Shown in pieces: positions 18,073 to 27,566 of a stretch of 64,000 nt of DNA. Numbering within the stretch: the first letter of the stretch is position 1; each line of letters opens with the position of its first letter. The position numbers and the translations under genes are program-made. This DNA is from a virus, in IMG/VR virus record IMGVR_UViG_3300033981_002321, positions 1 through 64,000 of that record; one strand, given 5' to 3'. Under the pieces are notes generated by a model. That model ran no database searches, had not been told where the DNA came from, and worked only from the letters and a program-made list of their open reading frames with translations.

Positions 18073-18431
18073 TGACTTGACCTCGCTTCAAGTTCGGAGA
18101 TCGCTTCGAGGGTCCGTGCCCCCCAGCGGCGCAAAGCAGCACGGACGAGAAGGCCGACATCCCCACCCTTGACCCAGAGGCCACAGGGGTGCTCTGCATG
18201 GCCCTGGATGAAGCCGTCGCGGTCTGCCCAGGCCTCTACCTCCTCGTCGCCAGGAATGTCGGTCTCCGGCCCCTGGAGCCATGCCTGAGCAAGCTCGCGA
18301 ATCCCCTGCCGCCACTCATCCTCAAGCGGCTCCCCTGCTGCGGCGTGCAGCAAGCGAATGTAGGCTGCGTCTGCGTGCATACACGCCAACATATCATCAA
18401 TCAAATGATGCGCAGTGTAAATTGCAGTCAT
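18069..18431 (-). CDS. Hypothetical protein
   Basis: ORF track; ATGA coupling. Confidence 0.65.
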   Translation of the reverse strand: MTAIYTAHHLIDDMLACMHADAAYIRLLHAAAGEPLEDEWRQGIRELAQAWLQGPETDIPGDEEVEAWADRDGFIQGHAEHPCGLWVKGGDVGLLVRAALRRWGARTLEAISELEARSSQ

Positions 18432-18655
18432 TGCTGAGCCTCCAGTTCGCGGGCAGAGAATTGGGCGACAACTGCAGCACCACGGCCGCTTGCATGATTA
18501 ACACAAACTTGACGCGCTTGCCTAATACTTATGTTGGTGTTGACGACATTACATTGCCACCAAAACGGAGACCACCACGGGCGAAACTGCGCCTCGTAGC
18601 CGAGATAAGAATCTCGCACCACGCGGTAACAGGTCGGGGAGAATCTGAGTTTCAT
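18428..18655 (-). CDS. Hypothetical protein (MKLRFSP...ELEAQQ)
   Basis: Internal ATG overlapping the upstream stop. Confidence 0.6.
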   Translation of the reverse strand: MKLRFSPTCYRVVRDSYLGYEAQFRPWWSPFWWQCNVVNTNISIRQARQVCVNHASGRGAAVVAQFSARELEAQQ

Positions 18656-19014
18656 TGCTGGGCCTCCCCAGTGCCGTTGCACCGCTCGCACTCCCGGTAG
18701 CTGGTGCCTTTGTGGCGGCACCAACCAGCCCACGTTTTGCCGGTGCCTCTGCAGTTCCAGCACTTGCCGGTTTCCGCTTCGTAGGCGACGGCCATTGTCT
18801 CAAGTTCGACCTTGGAGATGATTACTCGTTTTCCCGTCCCCGTGAACCGAGGCTCACCTTTGCGCGGCCCTTTGCTGTAGACACCATCGGGGACGCTACC
18901 GGTAACGATTGAATCGCCATCGCAGTTCTCCCACTTGTAGGCCTTCCATCCTTCAATGCCTGCTTTGACTTCTGCGGCTTCCATTGCGTCTTTGATGCTG
19001 AACTTGTAGTTCAT
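18652..19014 (-). CDS. Protein with a DnaJ-type CxxCxGxG zinc finger
   Basis: CWNCRGTG ... CERCNGTG. Confidence 0.7.
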   Translation of the reverse strand: MNYKFSIKDAMEAAEVKAGIEGWKAYKWENCDGDSIVTGSVPDGVYSKGPRKGEPRFTGTGKRVIISKVELETMAVAYEAETGKCWNCRGTGKTWAGWCRHKGTSYRECERCNGTGEAQQ

Positions 19015-19466
19015 TGCTGGGCCTCCAGTTCGGCGAGATGGGTGAGGGCGGCGCGGATAACAGAGAGCTGCGGTGTGGTTATAGCTGTGAAGTCGTATTT
19101 ACCGGCGTCTTCAGGCAGTGATGCCAGCGCCTGCTCCGCCAGCGACGGAGGCCTGGGACGCATGGCGGTGCGAAGATGGTCAACAAGGTGCTCCCGAAGC
19201 TTCGTTTCGTCAATAAAGAGACGACCTACTCCATCAATAATTTCAAAACAGCAGGCATCCAACATGTGATCCGCACGCTCCTGTATCTCAGGCTCGCGCT
19301 GGTCCCAGCCCCATTGAGCTGCGGAATTAAGAGCATCGCGCCACGAATCGACAAGAAGCTCATCATTTCTTGTGTTGAACTTTCGCCAAAGTTCTTGAGC
19401 AAACTCCTGCGGCACTTGAATAGCGTGTGATTTTGACATGGATCTTGAATCAATGGTGTTGGTCAT
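19011..19466 (-). CDS. Modular hypothetical protein
   Basis: AAQWGWDQ...LDACC...AMRPRPPSLAEQAL pattern. Confidence 0.65.
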   Translation of the reverse strand: MTNTIDSRSMSKSHAIQVPQEFAQELWRKFNTRNDELLVDSWRDALNSAAQWGWDQREPEIQERADHMLDACCFEIIDGVGRLFIDETKLREHLVDHLRTAMRPRPPSLAEQALASLPEDAGKYDFTAITTPQLSVIRAALTHLAELEAQQ

Positions 19467-19764
19467 TTGATTTTTGGTTTTGTTTTAGCCAGTTATGCCT
19501 GGCCAGTCGAGAACCGTGGCACTGGCCGCGACCACATATTCTCTTGCCTTCCGGCGTAATAACAGACCCGGACGGATCAACGTAGACCCGCCCATCGCCC
19601 AGCAGCGCACCATTGACTGTAATTGTGCGCGGCCCCAACACATGAAAGCCTCGCGCAACAAGAAAGGCGTCTATCGCAACCGCGATTTCCTCCCCCTCAA
19701 GCTCAATAGCAACTCCAGGACCGTATTCAGTTGTGCCGCCCCCGTAACCGATTCTCATAGCCAA
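19450..19764 (-). CDS. Hypothetical protein (GTTEYGPGV...RVYVDPSG)
   Basis: ORF track. Confidence 0.65.
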   Translation of the reverse strand: MAMRIGYGGGTTEYGPGVAIELEGEEIAVAIDAFLVARGFHVLGPRTITVNGALLGDGRVYVDPSGSVITPEGKRICGRGQCHGSRLARHNWLKQNQKSNDQHH

Positions 19765-19795
19765 AAAGAGAGTTTTGGTTTAGTGACAAATTGCA

Positions 19796-20008
19796 TCATT
19801 TGATCTCGGTTTCAGAGGGAAGATTAAGCTTAACAGATGTAACAATTTTCTCCCAACAAGCATCGTCTTTAATCCATTTGGGGCGCTGCATATAAAATAG
19901 TGGGGCGGTGATACTGCCATCTCGCCCCCATACGCCCCAAGACTTGCAAAGCCCGCTAACTGGGCCAGAAACCTCGTAGTGGCTTGGCTTAAAAACAAAC
20001 TCTGTCAT
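19796..20008 (-). CDS. Hypothetical protein
   Basis: ORF track. Confidence 0.55.
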   Translation of the reverse strand: MTEFVFKPSHYEVSGPVSGLCKSWGVWGRDGSITAPLFYMQRPKWIKDDACWEKIVTSVKLNLPSETEIK

Positions 20009-20011
20009 AGC

Positions 20012-20380
20012 TCAGTCAGGATCATTGCGAATAAAATCTCTGCACTCAAAAAGATCCCCCGCCTTCCCATCGTGCTCCAAATAAACTCTGAACAAGCTGT
20101 AGTTACAGTCATATTCTTCATAGTCATAGGAGCTAAGCACTTCACTCCAGGCAACCCAGTAATCTTCATGCTCTGGCCCAGCGCGGCAAATGTTCCAATC
20201 TGCCTGAGGCACGTTATCTATCTTTTCTCGCCCCCGACAAAAAACCTGGGGGACGCAATCCCCATGAGAACCGCTAACAATTAGGGTTTTTTCATTGGGG
20301 TCTCGATCATCGAGCCAGTATTCTGGTGGATCAAGAGGGCGCGGGTCAGTGATGGTGTCAAGCTGTGCGTTGTAGCTCAT
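20012..20380 (-). CDS. Acidic hypothetical protein, paralog of 30333..30677
   Basis: Shared G..VPQVFC....D.V.Q.DW.IC..GP.HE.YW..W. Confidence 0.7.
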   Translation of the reverse strand: MSYNAQLDTITDPRPLDPPEYWLDDRDPNEKTLIVSGSHGDCVPQVFCRGREKIDNVPQADWNICRAGPEHEDYWVAWSEVLSSYDYEEYDCNYSLFRVYLEHDGKAGDLFECRDFIRNDPD

Positions 20381-20595
20381 TGTTCTTCCTGCTTGTTACT
20401 TTTTGCAGAACCCTTACTTCTCTCCCATTCATTCAAGGCATTTTCGTAAAAATTCAAAGCATCTCGAACTGTTTCCGCTTGTGTTTTGCCAACACGAGAA
20501 GCAAGATCGTTCAACGCCTTAAGAAAGGACGAGTCACAGGTGACTTCAAATTTAATCTGATCGGACACGAGAAACAGGATGACGCAGGCTGTCAA
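20377..20595 (-). CDS. Ribbon-helix-helix (CopG-like) regulator
   Basis: KFEVTCD...KALNDLA...GKTQAETVRDAL; probable start at the internal GTG (VSDQ). Confidence 0.6.
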   Translation of the reverse strand: MTACVILFLVSDQIKFEVTCDSSFLKALNDLASRVGKTQAETVRDALNFYENALNEWERSKGSAKSNKQEEQ

Positions 20596-20600
20596 CCTTT

Positions 20601-20629
20601 AGGGTAGCACCGTTGGTGCCTGGCGTCAA
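20601..20629 (-). promoter_or_regulatory. Sigma70-type promoter with a perfect GCACC-N3-GGTGC operator
   Basis: TTGACG-ccaggcaccaacggtgc-TACCCT. Confidence 0.65.
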
Positions 20630-20642
20630 CAGAGCAAAGCTG

Positions 20643-21011
20643 TCAGGCATCTGTCTCGGGCATTTCCAGAAGCATTCTGTCAGCAACACGCAGGCCCATC
20701 TCGGAGTCCTCAATCTGACCTTTAAGTATCAGGAGCCTTCGTTTTTGTCTGGCGATGTACGAAATCAACGCCTCTCGCTTTGTTGGATAAGCAAATCGCT
20801 TTCTTGCATCCTTCAGCACAAACTTTTTGCCCATGCAATATGGCTGGCATAGCCAAACACCTTTAGGTGTGTGTCTGATAACTCGATACTCAAAGCAATC
20901 GAGCCTAATGTCATAACCACAAGACTCGCTCCAACTGCTTTCGCGGAATGCAACATAGCGATACCAGTATTCGCCATCGGTGCCAACCGAACGCCACAAA
21001 TCAGATGACAT
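20643..21011 (-). CDS. Hypothetical phage protein
   Basis: VIRHTPKGVWL...KRFAYPTKREALISY motif. Confidence 0.7.
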   Translation of the reverse strand: MSSDLWRSVGTDGEYWYRYVAFRESSWSESCGYDIRLDCFEYRVIRHTPKGVWLCQPYCMGKKFVLKDARKRFAYPTKREALISYIARQKRRLLILKGQIEDSEMGLRVADRMLLEMPETDA

Positions 21012-21206
21012 TACTGGCTCCCCTTTGATGATGAAACACTTTTAGCCAGGACAAACGGTGTCAGCCATTCGATTACACCCTCTTCGCAGAGGGCCTTGAA
21101 AAAGTCTGGGTGCAGGATTTCCCTGGGCAAGTTTTACGCAGGCAGTGTGTCCATTGTCCTGCAATCCAAGAAGAGACATGCAACGAAAGATTGTGTAACA
21201 GTCAAA

Positions 21207-21235
21207 ACCATAGCACCATTGGCCCCAGCTGTCAA
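21207..21235 (-). promoter_or_regulatory. Sigma70-type promoter, GGTGC-spacer class
   Basis: TTGACA-gctggggccaatggtgc-TATGGT. Confidence 0.65.
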
Positions 21236-22689
21236 GCGCTCTTAGGCAGTCCAGGGGGCGGGGAACTGCAAAGTATAGAGCTATCCAGCAATCGTTTCAA
21301 CGGGTTTTCAATGAAACAATCAAATTCATCGAGATAAATGAAAGCTTCATAGAATTTTGAAGCAATTTTTTTACAGTTATATCGATTCGAGGGCGCCATT
21401 GACTTTCTGTACTGGTGCCTGCCTGGGTTGACACCGTTACTAAGGGGGGTGTGGGCCAGGAGAGAAACCCAGTATTCCCAGTGCTTCTCAAGGGTTCTGC
21501 GGCTGATCTTGGCTGCTTTGGCAAGTTCCCTCTTGCTCAGCCCTGCTGCTTTCTTGCAGTTCCTCCAAACAACTTTAAGCTTCTCTCGACTTTCTTTGAA
21601 AAGCCTCTCATTGCGATGCTTATCACCACCAAGCTTCTCTGCTGGTACAGCTTTCAAGTTGCCGAAATCCTTTTTAAGTGAACACCTTGCCAGTCTCTCG
21701 CCCCACCCACCACGAATTGCCGTCAAGTCTTTTTTAGTTTTATCAGATGCGTGTTCATCGAAGCCTTCTGTCTCAAGTGCATTATCTCTGATAATTTCTC
21801 CAAGCTGCACTGGGCAAGTGATGTGAGGGTTTTTAATTCTTGCAAGTGTTGTGATGCGCAGAAGTAGTTTCTCGCTTTGACCGCTTTCAGTCCACTTGAT
21901 GCCAGATTCCTTGCTGTTAAAGTTATTCGCTTTTTTCTTCGCCCCCAATGCGCCCCAGGCAGTTCTCTTCTTGAGCTGCTTTGCCGCTTCAATCAATTTT
22001 CGCCATTCATGGCAGTCTTTAGCCTCCTCCAAATCATTGTTGAGCTGGCTGTAAATTAAATCGCAGTCTTCAACGTATGACTCGTTGACGATCAGAGCGC
22101 TGCCCTGCTGTCCGGGGAGGCGGAATCCCTGGCTCTGGACCCGCCCCAGCGAGAGATCTTCCCGGAAGTCCATCCGTGAGGGGAACAGCTCTGCCTGGCC
22201 TTGCTGAGCCTCGATCCCGGCCCTCCTGAACAGCTCCATGCCGATCCAGTGGGCCAGCCAGCAGGGGGCGGCTTCGGGCAGAGAGATGTAGCAGTGCAGC
22301 CCACCAGACTCACTGCTGCGAATGAAAGATACAGAGCAGCCAGCTTTATTTGCTTCTTGTTCGAGTTGTATTAGTTCTTTGCTGCGAGCGAATTTGTGCC
22401 AGTATTTACTGCTGTAGTCTTCTTTGTGATCAAAGTCGCAGGTTATTGACCTTACAAATCCTTCGGGGCGGATACCAGCAATGTTTCTCTCGCTGCTGGT
22501 TAAGTTGCAGATCGCCTCTCTTCTGTAGGGCTTGGGCAGAGAAACCCATTCACCGCCGGGTTTCTTGGCGATGGCAAAGTGCCATTCACTGGGATGAGCA
22601 ACCGAGAGCCATTGCTCTTGGGGGGTGGGTTGCTGCTTGGGGCTTGGGTGCATTAGAATGCGCTTGTTCGACTTTGACAGTGAACACAT
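21232..22689 (-). CDS. AEP-superfamily primase/Rep protein with a C-terminal HTH
   Basis: CDFD (motif I), RSSESGGLHCY (motif II), ELFP...FRLP (motif III); LSKRELAKAAKISRRTL HTH. Confidence 0.8.
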   Translation of the reverse strand: MCSLSKSNKRILMHPSPKQQPTPQEQWLSVAHPSEWHFAIAKKPGGEWVSLPKPYRREAICNLTSSERNIAGIRPEGFVRSITCDFDHKEDYSSKYWHKFARSKELIQLEQEANKAGCSVSFIRSSESGGLHCYISLPEAAPCWLAHWIGMELFRRAGIEAQQGQAELFPSRMDFREDLSLGRVQSQGFRLPGQQGSALIVNESYVEDCDLIYSQLNNDLEEAKDCHEWRKLIEAAKQLKKRTAWGALGAKKKANNFNSKESGIKWTESGQSEKLLLRITTLARIKNPHITCPVQLGEIIRDNALETEGFDEHASDKTKKDLTAIRGGWGERLARCSLKKDFGNLKAVPAEKLGGDKHRNERLFKESREKLKVVWRNCKKAAGLSKRELAKAAKISRRTLEKHWEYWVSLLAHTPLSNGVNPGRHQYRKSMAPSNRYNCKKIASKFYEAFIYLDEFDCFIENPLKRLLDSSILCSSPPPGLPKSA

Positions 22690-22909
22690 AGCGGAGTCTG
22701 GTCAAGACTTCTTTATCCGCTATTGAGGCCCTGGGAGTTTCCGCTCCTGGGGCCTCACCCTTTTCAGGGGTCGTGCTTTGGTCAGTGTAGCCCGAGAGAC
22801 AAGACCCGAGCCTGGGATGTTTGGTGCCGGTCCAGATTATTCACAAGCCAAAGCCAAGTCTTGCTTTCTGGCTTTTTCCGTCTAGCCTGAGGCAACCTCT
22901 ACTTTCGCC

Positions 22910-23209
22910 ATGCTTTCCACGAAGACTAGGCTGCGCGTTGAGTTTATCTGCAGGAGAATTGAAAGTTGCGCCCCCGTCGAATTATCTGATATGACTTGGG
23001 TGCAGAAGTGGGCGGTATCAAATAGAACGGTTCACGACATGCTGCAAAATGCTCGTCGTCGCGCAGTGAGCAATGACAAGCAAGACTGGGACCTATGCGA
23101 TGAGATGAATCTCGGGGACCCCGATCCGTCAAGTCACGTTACGAAAGATAGCACCGTTGACGACCTTGCCAATTTCTTCAAAGCACCGGACTGGATGCGA
23201 AGAGATTGA
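22910..23209 (+). CDS. Conserved cyanophage-type hypothetical protein
   Basis: MLST..RLR.EFIC.RI....V.LSDM.W..K.A pattern. Confidence 0.7.
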   Translation: MLSTKTRLRVEFICRRIESCAPVELSDMTWVQKWAVSNRTVHDMLQNARRRAVSNDKQDWDLCDEMNLGDPDPSSHVTKDSTVDDLANFFKAPDWMRRD

Positions 23210-23561
23210 AAGTCGAAGGGGCGGGCCAGCTTGCAGGCTGAGCGGTGTCGTTTTTATCTGTAGTGTACTAATGACACTCTTGCAACTGTCACATATCTCT
23301 TTCGCTTCCGGTCTTGCAAGTCTCTCTGAGTCTACCTCTGCCAAATGCCCTCGATCACGGTCTGATACTTCTTGGGCAGAAGCTGCAGATCTTTCCTGTG
23401 AGTGCTGACGTGGCCTTTGCGTAGTAATTCCGCATGGTACATGAATTCCCCGAAAGCCTTGCGACTCTCGGGGATATTTTCTCTGGCGTAGCGTTCAATT
23501 GCTGATGCAGCTTTTTTGACTTTGCCGTCGCCTTGCATGTGTCTGTTGAGTCTTCTTCAGT

Positions 23562-23996
23562 TTACTGGCCAGCTATCAGCCTGAAGAGGTATTTGAATAT
23601 GTTGTCCCTGCTTGGGCCATCCTGCCTGCTGTATTCCACAATCCGCCCTTTCTCGACTCCGATTACGCTCTTTCTCCAGCGCATGTCTTCTGTAGCTAGC
23701 TCCCTGGCTTGTTTTTCGAGAGCCTCTCTCTCTATGCGATTATTTCGTATTTTTTGCATGATTTCTTTTTTGATCAGCAATAGATAAGCCTCTCTTTCTT
23801 CCTTGTCAAATGAAAATCCCTTGATTTCACGTCGGGCTGATTCCGCCTCCACGAGTTCCATCTCCTTTTCAGAGAGATGCAAGCTTTGCAGTTGCCGGTC
23901 GCTATCGAAATACCGACACTTTGTACATCGGTATTTGTCAAAAACTTCTTGACTGAAGCAAGTTCTGCAGGTGTAATGAAAAATGTACTTTGCCAT
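23562..23996 (-). CDS. Zn-ribbon + coiled-coil protein
   Basis: CRTC...CTKC followed by an E/K/R-rich helix. Confidence 0.6.
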   Translation of the reverse strand: MAKYIFHYTCRTCFSQEVFDKYRCTKCRYFDSDRQLQSLHLSEKEMELVEAESARREIKGFSFDKEEREAYLLLIKKEIMQKIRNNRIEREALEKQARELATEDMRWRKSVIGVEKGRIVEYSRQDGPSRDNIFKYLFRLIAGQ

Positions 23997-24015
23997 GATT
24001 TGTTAATAAATGAAA

Positions 24016-24258
24016 CTAGAAGGGGCAGTCTTTGCGATAGGAGATGTGAACGTATTCGTATTCCGAGTCGTCCATACTTTTTGGCTTCGGACTCGACGAA
24101 GCAGTAGGTTTCTGCTTTGGTTTTTCCATGTCGATCCGGAGAGAGGCTCCGTCAATTCTGCCTCTGTACGCATCAAACCAATGCTTGAGTGTGTAGTATT
24201 CGGTTTCATTTTCGGCTAAAACCGTAAGTGTTCCGTCTTTGCTGATAGCTGCTTTCAT
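24016..24258 (-). CDS. Hypothetical protein
   Basis: ORF track. Confidence 0.55.
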   Translation of the reverse strand: MKAAISKDGTLTVLAENETEYYTLKHWFDAYRGRIDGASLRIDMEKPKQKPTASSSPKPKSMDDSEYEYVHISYRKDCPF

Positions 24259-24310
24259 TGAGACTTTGCGCGGGGGCGGAAGTTTGCAGGTCTGGCAAAC
24301 AGCTTACATC

Positions 24311-25309
24311 TTACACCCCCGTGACGAAAACAGGCTTATACCACTGGACTTTTCTTTCAGATTTTCTTGGCCCGCACAGAACTGTGTGCCAATGCCCACG
24401 CCTCCAATGCGCCCTGACGGCCTTCTTCTCTTCCGTGCTCTCTTGTGATCGCTTGGCCTTCTTTCTCTCGTACTTGAAATTCTTGCCAATCCAGGTGGGG
24501 GCGAGAGGTTGCTTGCCACTATTCCCACCAAAGCCCATGCCTTTTGTGATGGGGCGAGAGTCTGTAGAGATCAGCTCTGGCTCATATAGGTGTACGAGCA
24601 GTGAGTTGATGGCAATTCGCAGTATCTTTTCAGTGCTCTCGTTTTGATAGCCAGAGTTCTCTGCGTACTTTATGTTTTCCTCGTGCCAGCTCTTGGCGTT
24701 CTCGTCAACGAACTCTTGCCAGAAGTTGCTGCCCCCTGGTGTGATCGTCCCCACCTGTATTCCGCTCGCCCCCAAAAAAGCATCGGGGCTGAGCTTTTCG
24801 TTTGGAAAAAATTGCTTACATATTTCTTTACCTCTTTTCATCTCATCGCTTTCGATCTCTGGGTATAGCTCGCCGGTTCTGATAATCAAAGATACAACTT
24901 CATCCCCCTGGTGATCGTATATGAATTTGCGGGGCAAAAACAGATGAATGTATGGCAGCACTTCTAAAATGTCTTTTGTTAGTGATGGAGTCGGCGTATT
25001 GATAAACGCTTCGCACATTTCCCTGGTGATAAACCTTGCTGGGGCAGAATTAAGAAGAGCGTCTCTGCTCAATTCGCCAACCTTGACCGCGAGAACATCG
25101 CTATGCTCGTATCCGGTGAGGATCACACGCACACTCCCCGCTGCAAAGCATACCTTCAGGTGTGTGTTCCAGTCGATGTAGTTGGGCGGAGATCGATATA
25201 GAGATTCTTGCTTGAAGACTGCGTCTGTGTACTCTTTATTCGCCTCAAGCATTGAGGCAAGCTTTTGCATTGAGTTTTTTGCAAAGTTGTCGAGCGAAAG
25301 CTTTGTCAT
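24311..25309 (-). CDS. Phage protein with a C-terminal HWRRGHW motif
   Basis: VRAHWRRGHWHTVLCG....RKVQWYKPVFV. Confidence 0.8.
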   Translation of the reverse strand: MTKLSLDNFAKNSMQKLASMLEANKEYTDAVFKQESLYRSPPNYIDWNTHLKVCFAAGSVRVILTGYEHSDVLAVKVGELSRDALLNSAPARFITREMCEAFINTPTPSLTKDILEVLPYIHLFLPRKFIYDHQGDEVVSLIIRTGELYPEIESDEMKRGKEICKQFFPNEKLSPDAFLGASGIQVGTITPGGSNFWQEFVDENAKSWHEENIKYAENSGYQNESTEKILRIAINSLLVHLYEPELISTDSRPITKGMGFGGNSGKQPLAPTWIGKNFKYERKKAKRSQESTEEKKAVRAHWRRGHWHTVLCGPRKSERKVQWYKPVFVTGV

Positions 25310-25472
25310 TGCTCTTCAGTGTCAATTGATTTGGACTTTTGTTTTTTCTTGTCGGTCTCAAGATGCCTAAAAAGATCAGGGTGATCCAAGGGCCACGAAG
25401 AAATCACCCCATTGCGCCCTGCGTAACGCGAACGTAAATTGTTGATCCACTGCTTGTATTCTTTGCTTGCTC

Positions 25473-25784
25473 TCACGACGGCTCAATTCCGCCAAGAATG
25501 CAAGCAATCATATCGGCCGCAGATTTGTTTTCTTTGCTCATTTCAATGCGCAGTGATATTTCTCGCCCAATCCACCACCATTGATTCGTAGCCTGCCCCT
25601 GCCAGGTTTCCGCAATTTTGGAAACTTCTACGAAAAACTGAGCCTGCTCTTCGTGATCAAGACCGCAAAACCATGCTGCAACCTCTTCGACTTCGGCAGA
25701 GATCAGTGCTGGCATTTTTGTGCCAGTCCCATCCGTTGACGGAATTTTCGTATAATCAGTTTGATCCGAGTCTCTGGTGTTCAT
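25473..25784 (-). CDS. Hypothetical protein
   Basis: ORF track; coupled. Confidence 0.6.
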   Translation of the reverse strand: MNTRDSDQTDYTKIPSTDGTGTKMPALISAEVEEVAAWFCGLDHEEQAQFFVEVSKIAETWQGQATNQWWWIGREISLRIEMSKENKSAADMIACILGGIEPS

Positions 25785-26161
25785 TTCTTTTTAAGGCTGG
25801 GATGAGGGCAGACAAGATTCTTGATCCTGTCTTGTTCTTTCTCGATAGTCTTCTGCTGCTCGGCATACAATGCAAGATGCCTTTCCAGTGCATTTAGCTC
25901 GGGGGCCTTGCTGCCAACAGCATGACGCTTGAAGTAGTCTCGCAGCTCTTCCAGTACACCGAATTCGTACTCACTTCTTTCTGGACCCCATTTGCCATAG
26001 ACCTTATGCAGTTGGAATAACTGATACCATTCCTTGTCGTCAAGATACCTTCTCTTTGCTGCCCACATCAAATCACTGTACTTGAGCTTGTCATTTCGCT
26101 TTTGCTCTCGTTCGAGCTTTTTGTTTTCCTGGGCTTCGCGACGAGAAATGAAAGTTGCCAT
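25781..26161 (-). CDS. Hypothetical protein
   Basis: ORF track. Confidence 0.65.
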   Translation of the reverse strand: MATFISRREAQENKKLEREQKRNDKLKYSDLMWAAKRRYLDDKEWYQLFQLHKVYGKWGPERSEYEFGVLEELRDYFKRHAVGSKAPELNALERHLALYAEQQKTIEKEQDRIKNLVCPHPSLKKK

Positions 26162-26187
26162 TTGCTGTGTAAATGATGTTTTGGGTT

Positions 26188-26325
26188 TTACCTGTCAAGA
26201 GCCCAAGCAACGAACGATGACAGCAGCCAGATGGTCGTCATGAACCTGGCGAATCCCTTGTCTCCGGCATTTGCTTGTGCGCCCCAGACAATGGCTGCCA
26301 TCAAGCAGAACTGATAGAATGGCAT
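26188..26325 (-). CDS. 45-aa two-helix membrane microprotein, copy 2
   Basis: MPFYQFCLMAAIVWGAQANAGDKGFARFMTTIWLLSSFVAWALDR*. Confidence 0.75.
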   Translation of the reverse strand: MPFYQFCLMAAIVWGAQANAGDKGFARFMTTIWLLSSFVAWALDR

Positions 26326-26356
26326 CTGCTGCTATGAATAGTGTTTACGTTTTGCT

Positions 26357-26494
26357 TTATCTCTCAAGGCACCAGACCACGACCGATGCCAGGAGGTAGA
26401 CGAATGACATGATCTTTGCAAAGTCTTTGTCTCCGGCATTTGCTTGTGCGTGCCAAAAGATAGATGCAGCTAAGAAAATTTGAGAAAATTGCAT
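26357..26494 (-). CDS. 45-aa two-helix membrane microprotein, copy 1
   Basis: MQFSQIFLAASIFWHAQANAGDKDFAKIMSFVYLLASVVVWCLER*. Confidence 0.75.
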   Translation of the reverse strand: MQFSQIFLAASIFWHAQANAGDKDFAKIMSFVYLLASVVVWCLER

Positions 26495-26534
26495 TTGCCG
26501 TTTAAGTGGTATTTACAATAAAAGGAGGCGATGA

Positions 26535-27035
26535 TCACCAAAGCCCCCGACAGATCGGGAAGATCGAGCTTTTTGCAATCTGCCAAATGGAGATATAGTC
26601 TTCTTTTTTCACGCCCCCATTGGTAACGACTCGCCGGGCCAGCTCGGAGTCAGGGGCGGCGGAAATGCCGTAAACATTGGCGCTTGAGGCGGCTTCGCAA
26701 AAGCCAAGAAATTCGGGAGTTTTCGTCTGTGCAAAGGCTGTTCCAGAAAAAAGCATTGCAGCGAAAACAGAAAAACCTGCCAGCCTGGAGAATGGTTTCT
26801 TTGCTACATGGATTGCTGGGACGGTCCACATCTCAGCCCCCGCCACGGATTCTGGGACGGCCTTGAGACGGCAGACGAGGCTCGGGAAGGCCTGGGTCTT
26901 GACCGTGCGATTGCTGGGCAGTTGGACGGTCACCAGGGGCTGCTCAGCGCTTCGCCCCACGAACTCGAACCCTTGATCCTCAAAGCCCTTCACGTAAATG
27001 GTGTCGCCTGGCTTGATTGAAGAGAAGTGATTCAT
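26535..27035 (-). CDS. Hypothetical protein with an internal signal-peptide-like segment
   Basis: MNHFSSIKPGD start lies downstream of promoter 27061-27089. Confidence 0.6.
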   Translation of the reverse strand: MNHFSSIKPGDTIYVKGFEDQGFEFVGRSAEQPLVTVQLPSNRTVKTQAFPSLVCRLKAVPESVAGAEMWTVPAIHVAKKPFSRLAGFSVFAAMLFSGTAFAQTKTPEFLGFCEAASSANVYGISAAPDSELARRVVTNGGVKKEDYISIWQIAKSSIFPICRGLW

Positions 27036-27060
27036 GGATGTAAATGATTGATCGCTTCTA

Positions 27061-27089
27061 ATGATACATGACAGATTGGCGGCTGTCAA
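27061..27089 (-). promoter_or_regulatory. Strong sigma70 promoter
   Basis: TTGACA-gccgccaatctgtcatg-TATCAT. Confidence 0.75.
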
Positions 27090-27096
27090 CCCCTTT

Positions 27097-27369
27097 TCAA
27101 GATATTTCCTGTTTTTCCGTCTCTACTTCTCTTTCTCGCCCCCGCAGCTTGCATCTTTGCACGCGAATCCTGAACATTGAAGAACAGATGCTGGTGGTAT
27201 GTTCTTCAAGTTTGCTCTGAAGCTCTTTAGAGATAGAACAGTATTCGGACTCAAGTGTTTCAAGCAGGCCATTGACTTCTTGAGAGGCTGCTCGAAGTTT
27301 TTCCTCAGAAAGTTGCAACTGCTTCAAGACTGTCTGCTTTTCTGCTTCTGAAATCGCAAAGTTGATCAT
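27097..27369 (-). CDS. Coiled-coil hypothetical protein
   Basis: ORF track. Confidence 0.55.
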   Translation of the reverse strand: MINFAISEAEKQTVLKQLQLSEEKLRAASQEVNGLLETLESEYCSISKELQSKLEEHTTSICSSMFRIRVQRCKLRGREREVETEKQEIS

Positions 27370-27566
27370 AGACTTCTTTTTTGATTTTTTTAACAGTTAC
27401 CTGTTCGTAGTCGTGGGCATCGAGGGTGTCCAGGGCTTCTTTCAGGGAGGCGCAGGATTCTGGCAGGGTTCCAACTTCGGACTCCCCTGATGGCAAAATG
27501 GCTTCGTAGACGAAAACAGACATGGTGAAAGCATTTTGTTTGCGAAACTGATTCAATTTTACAACC

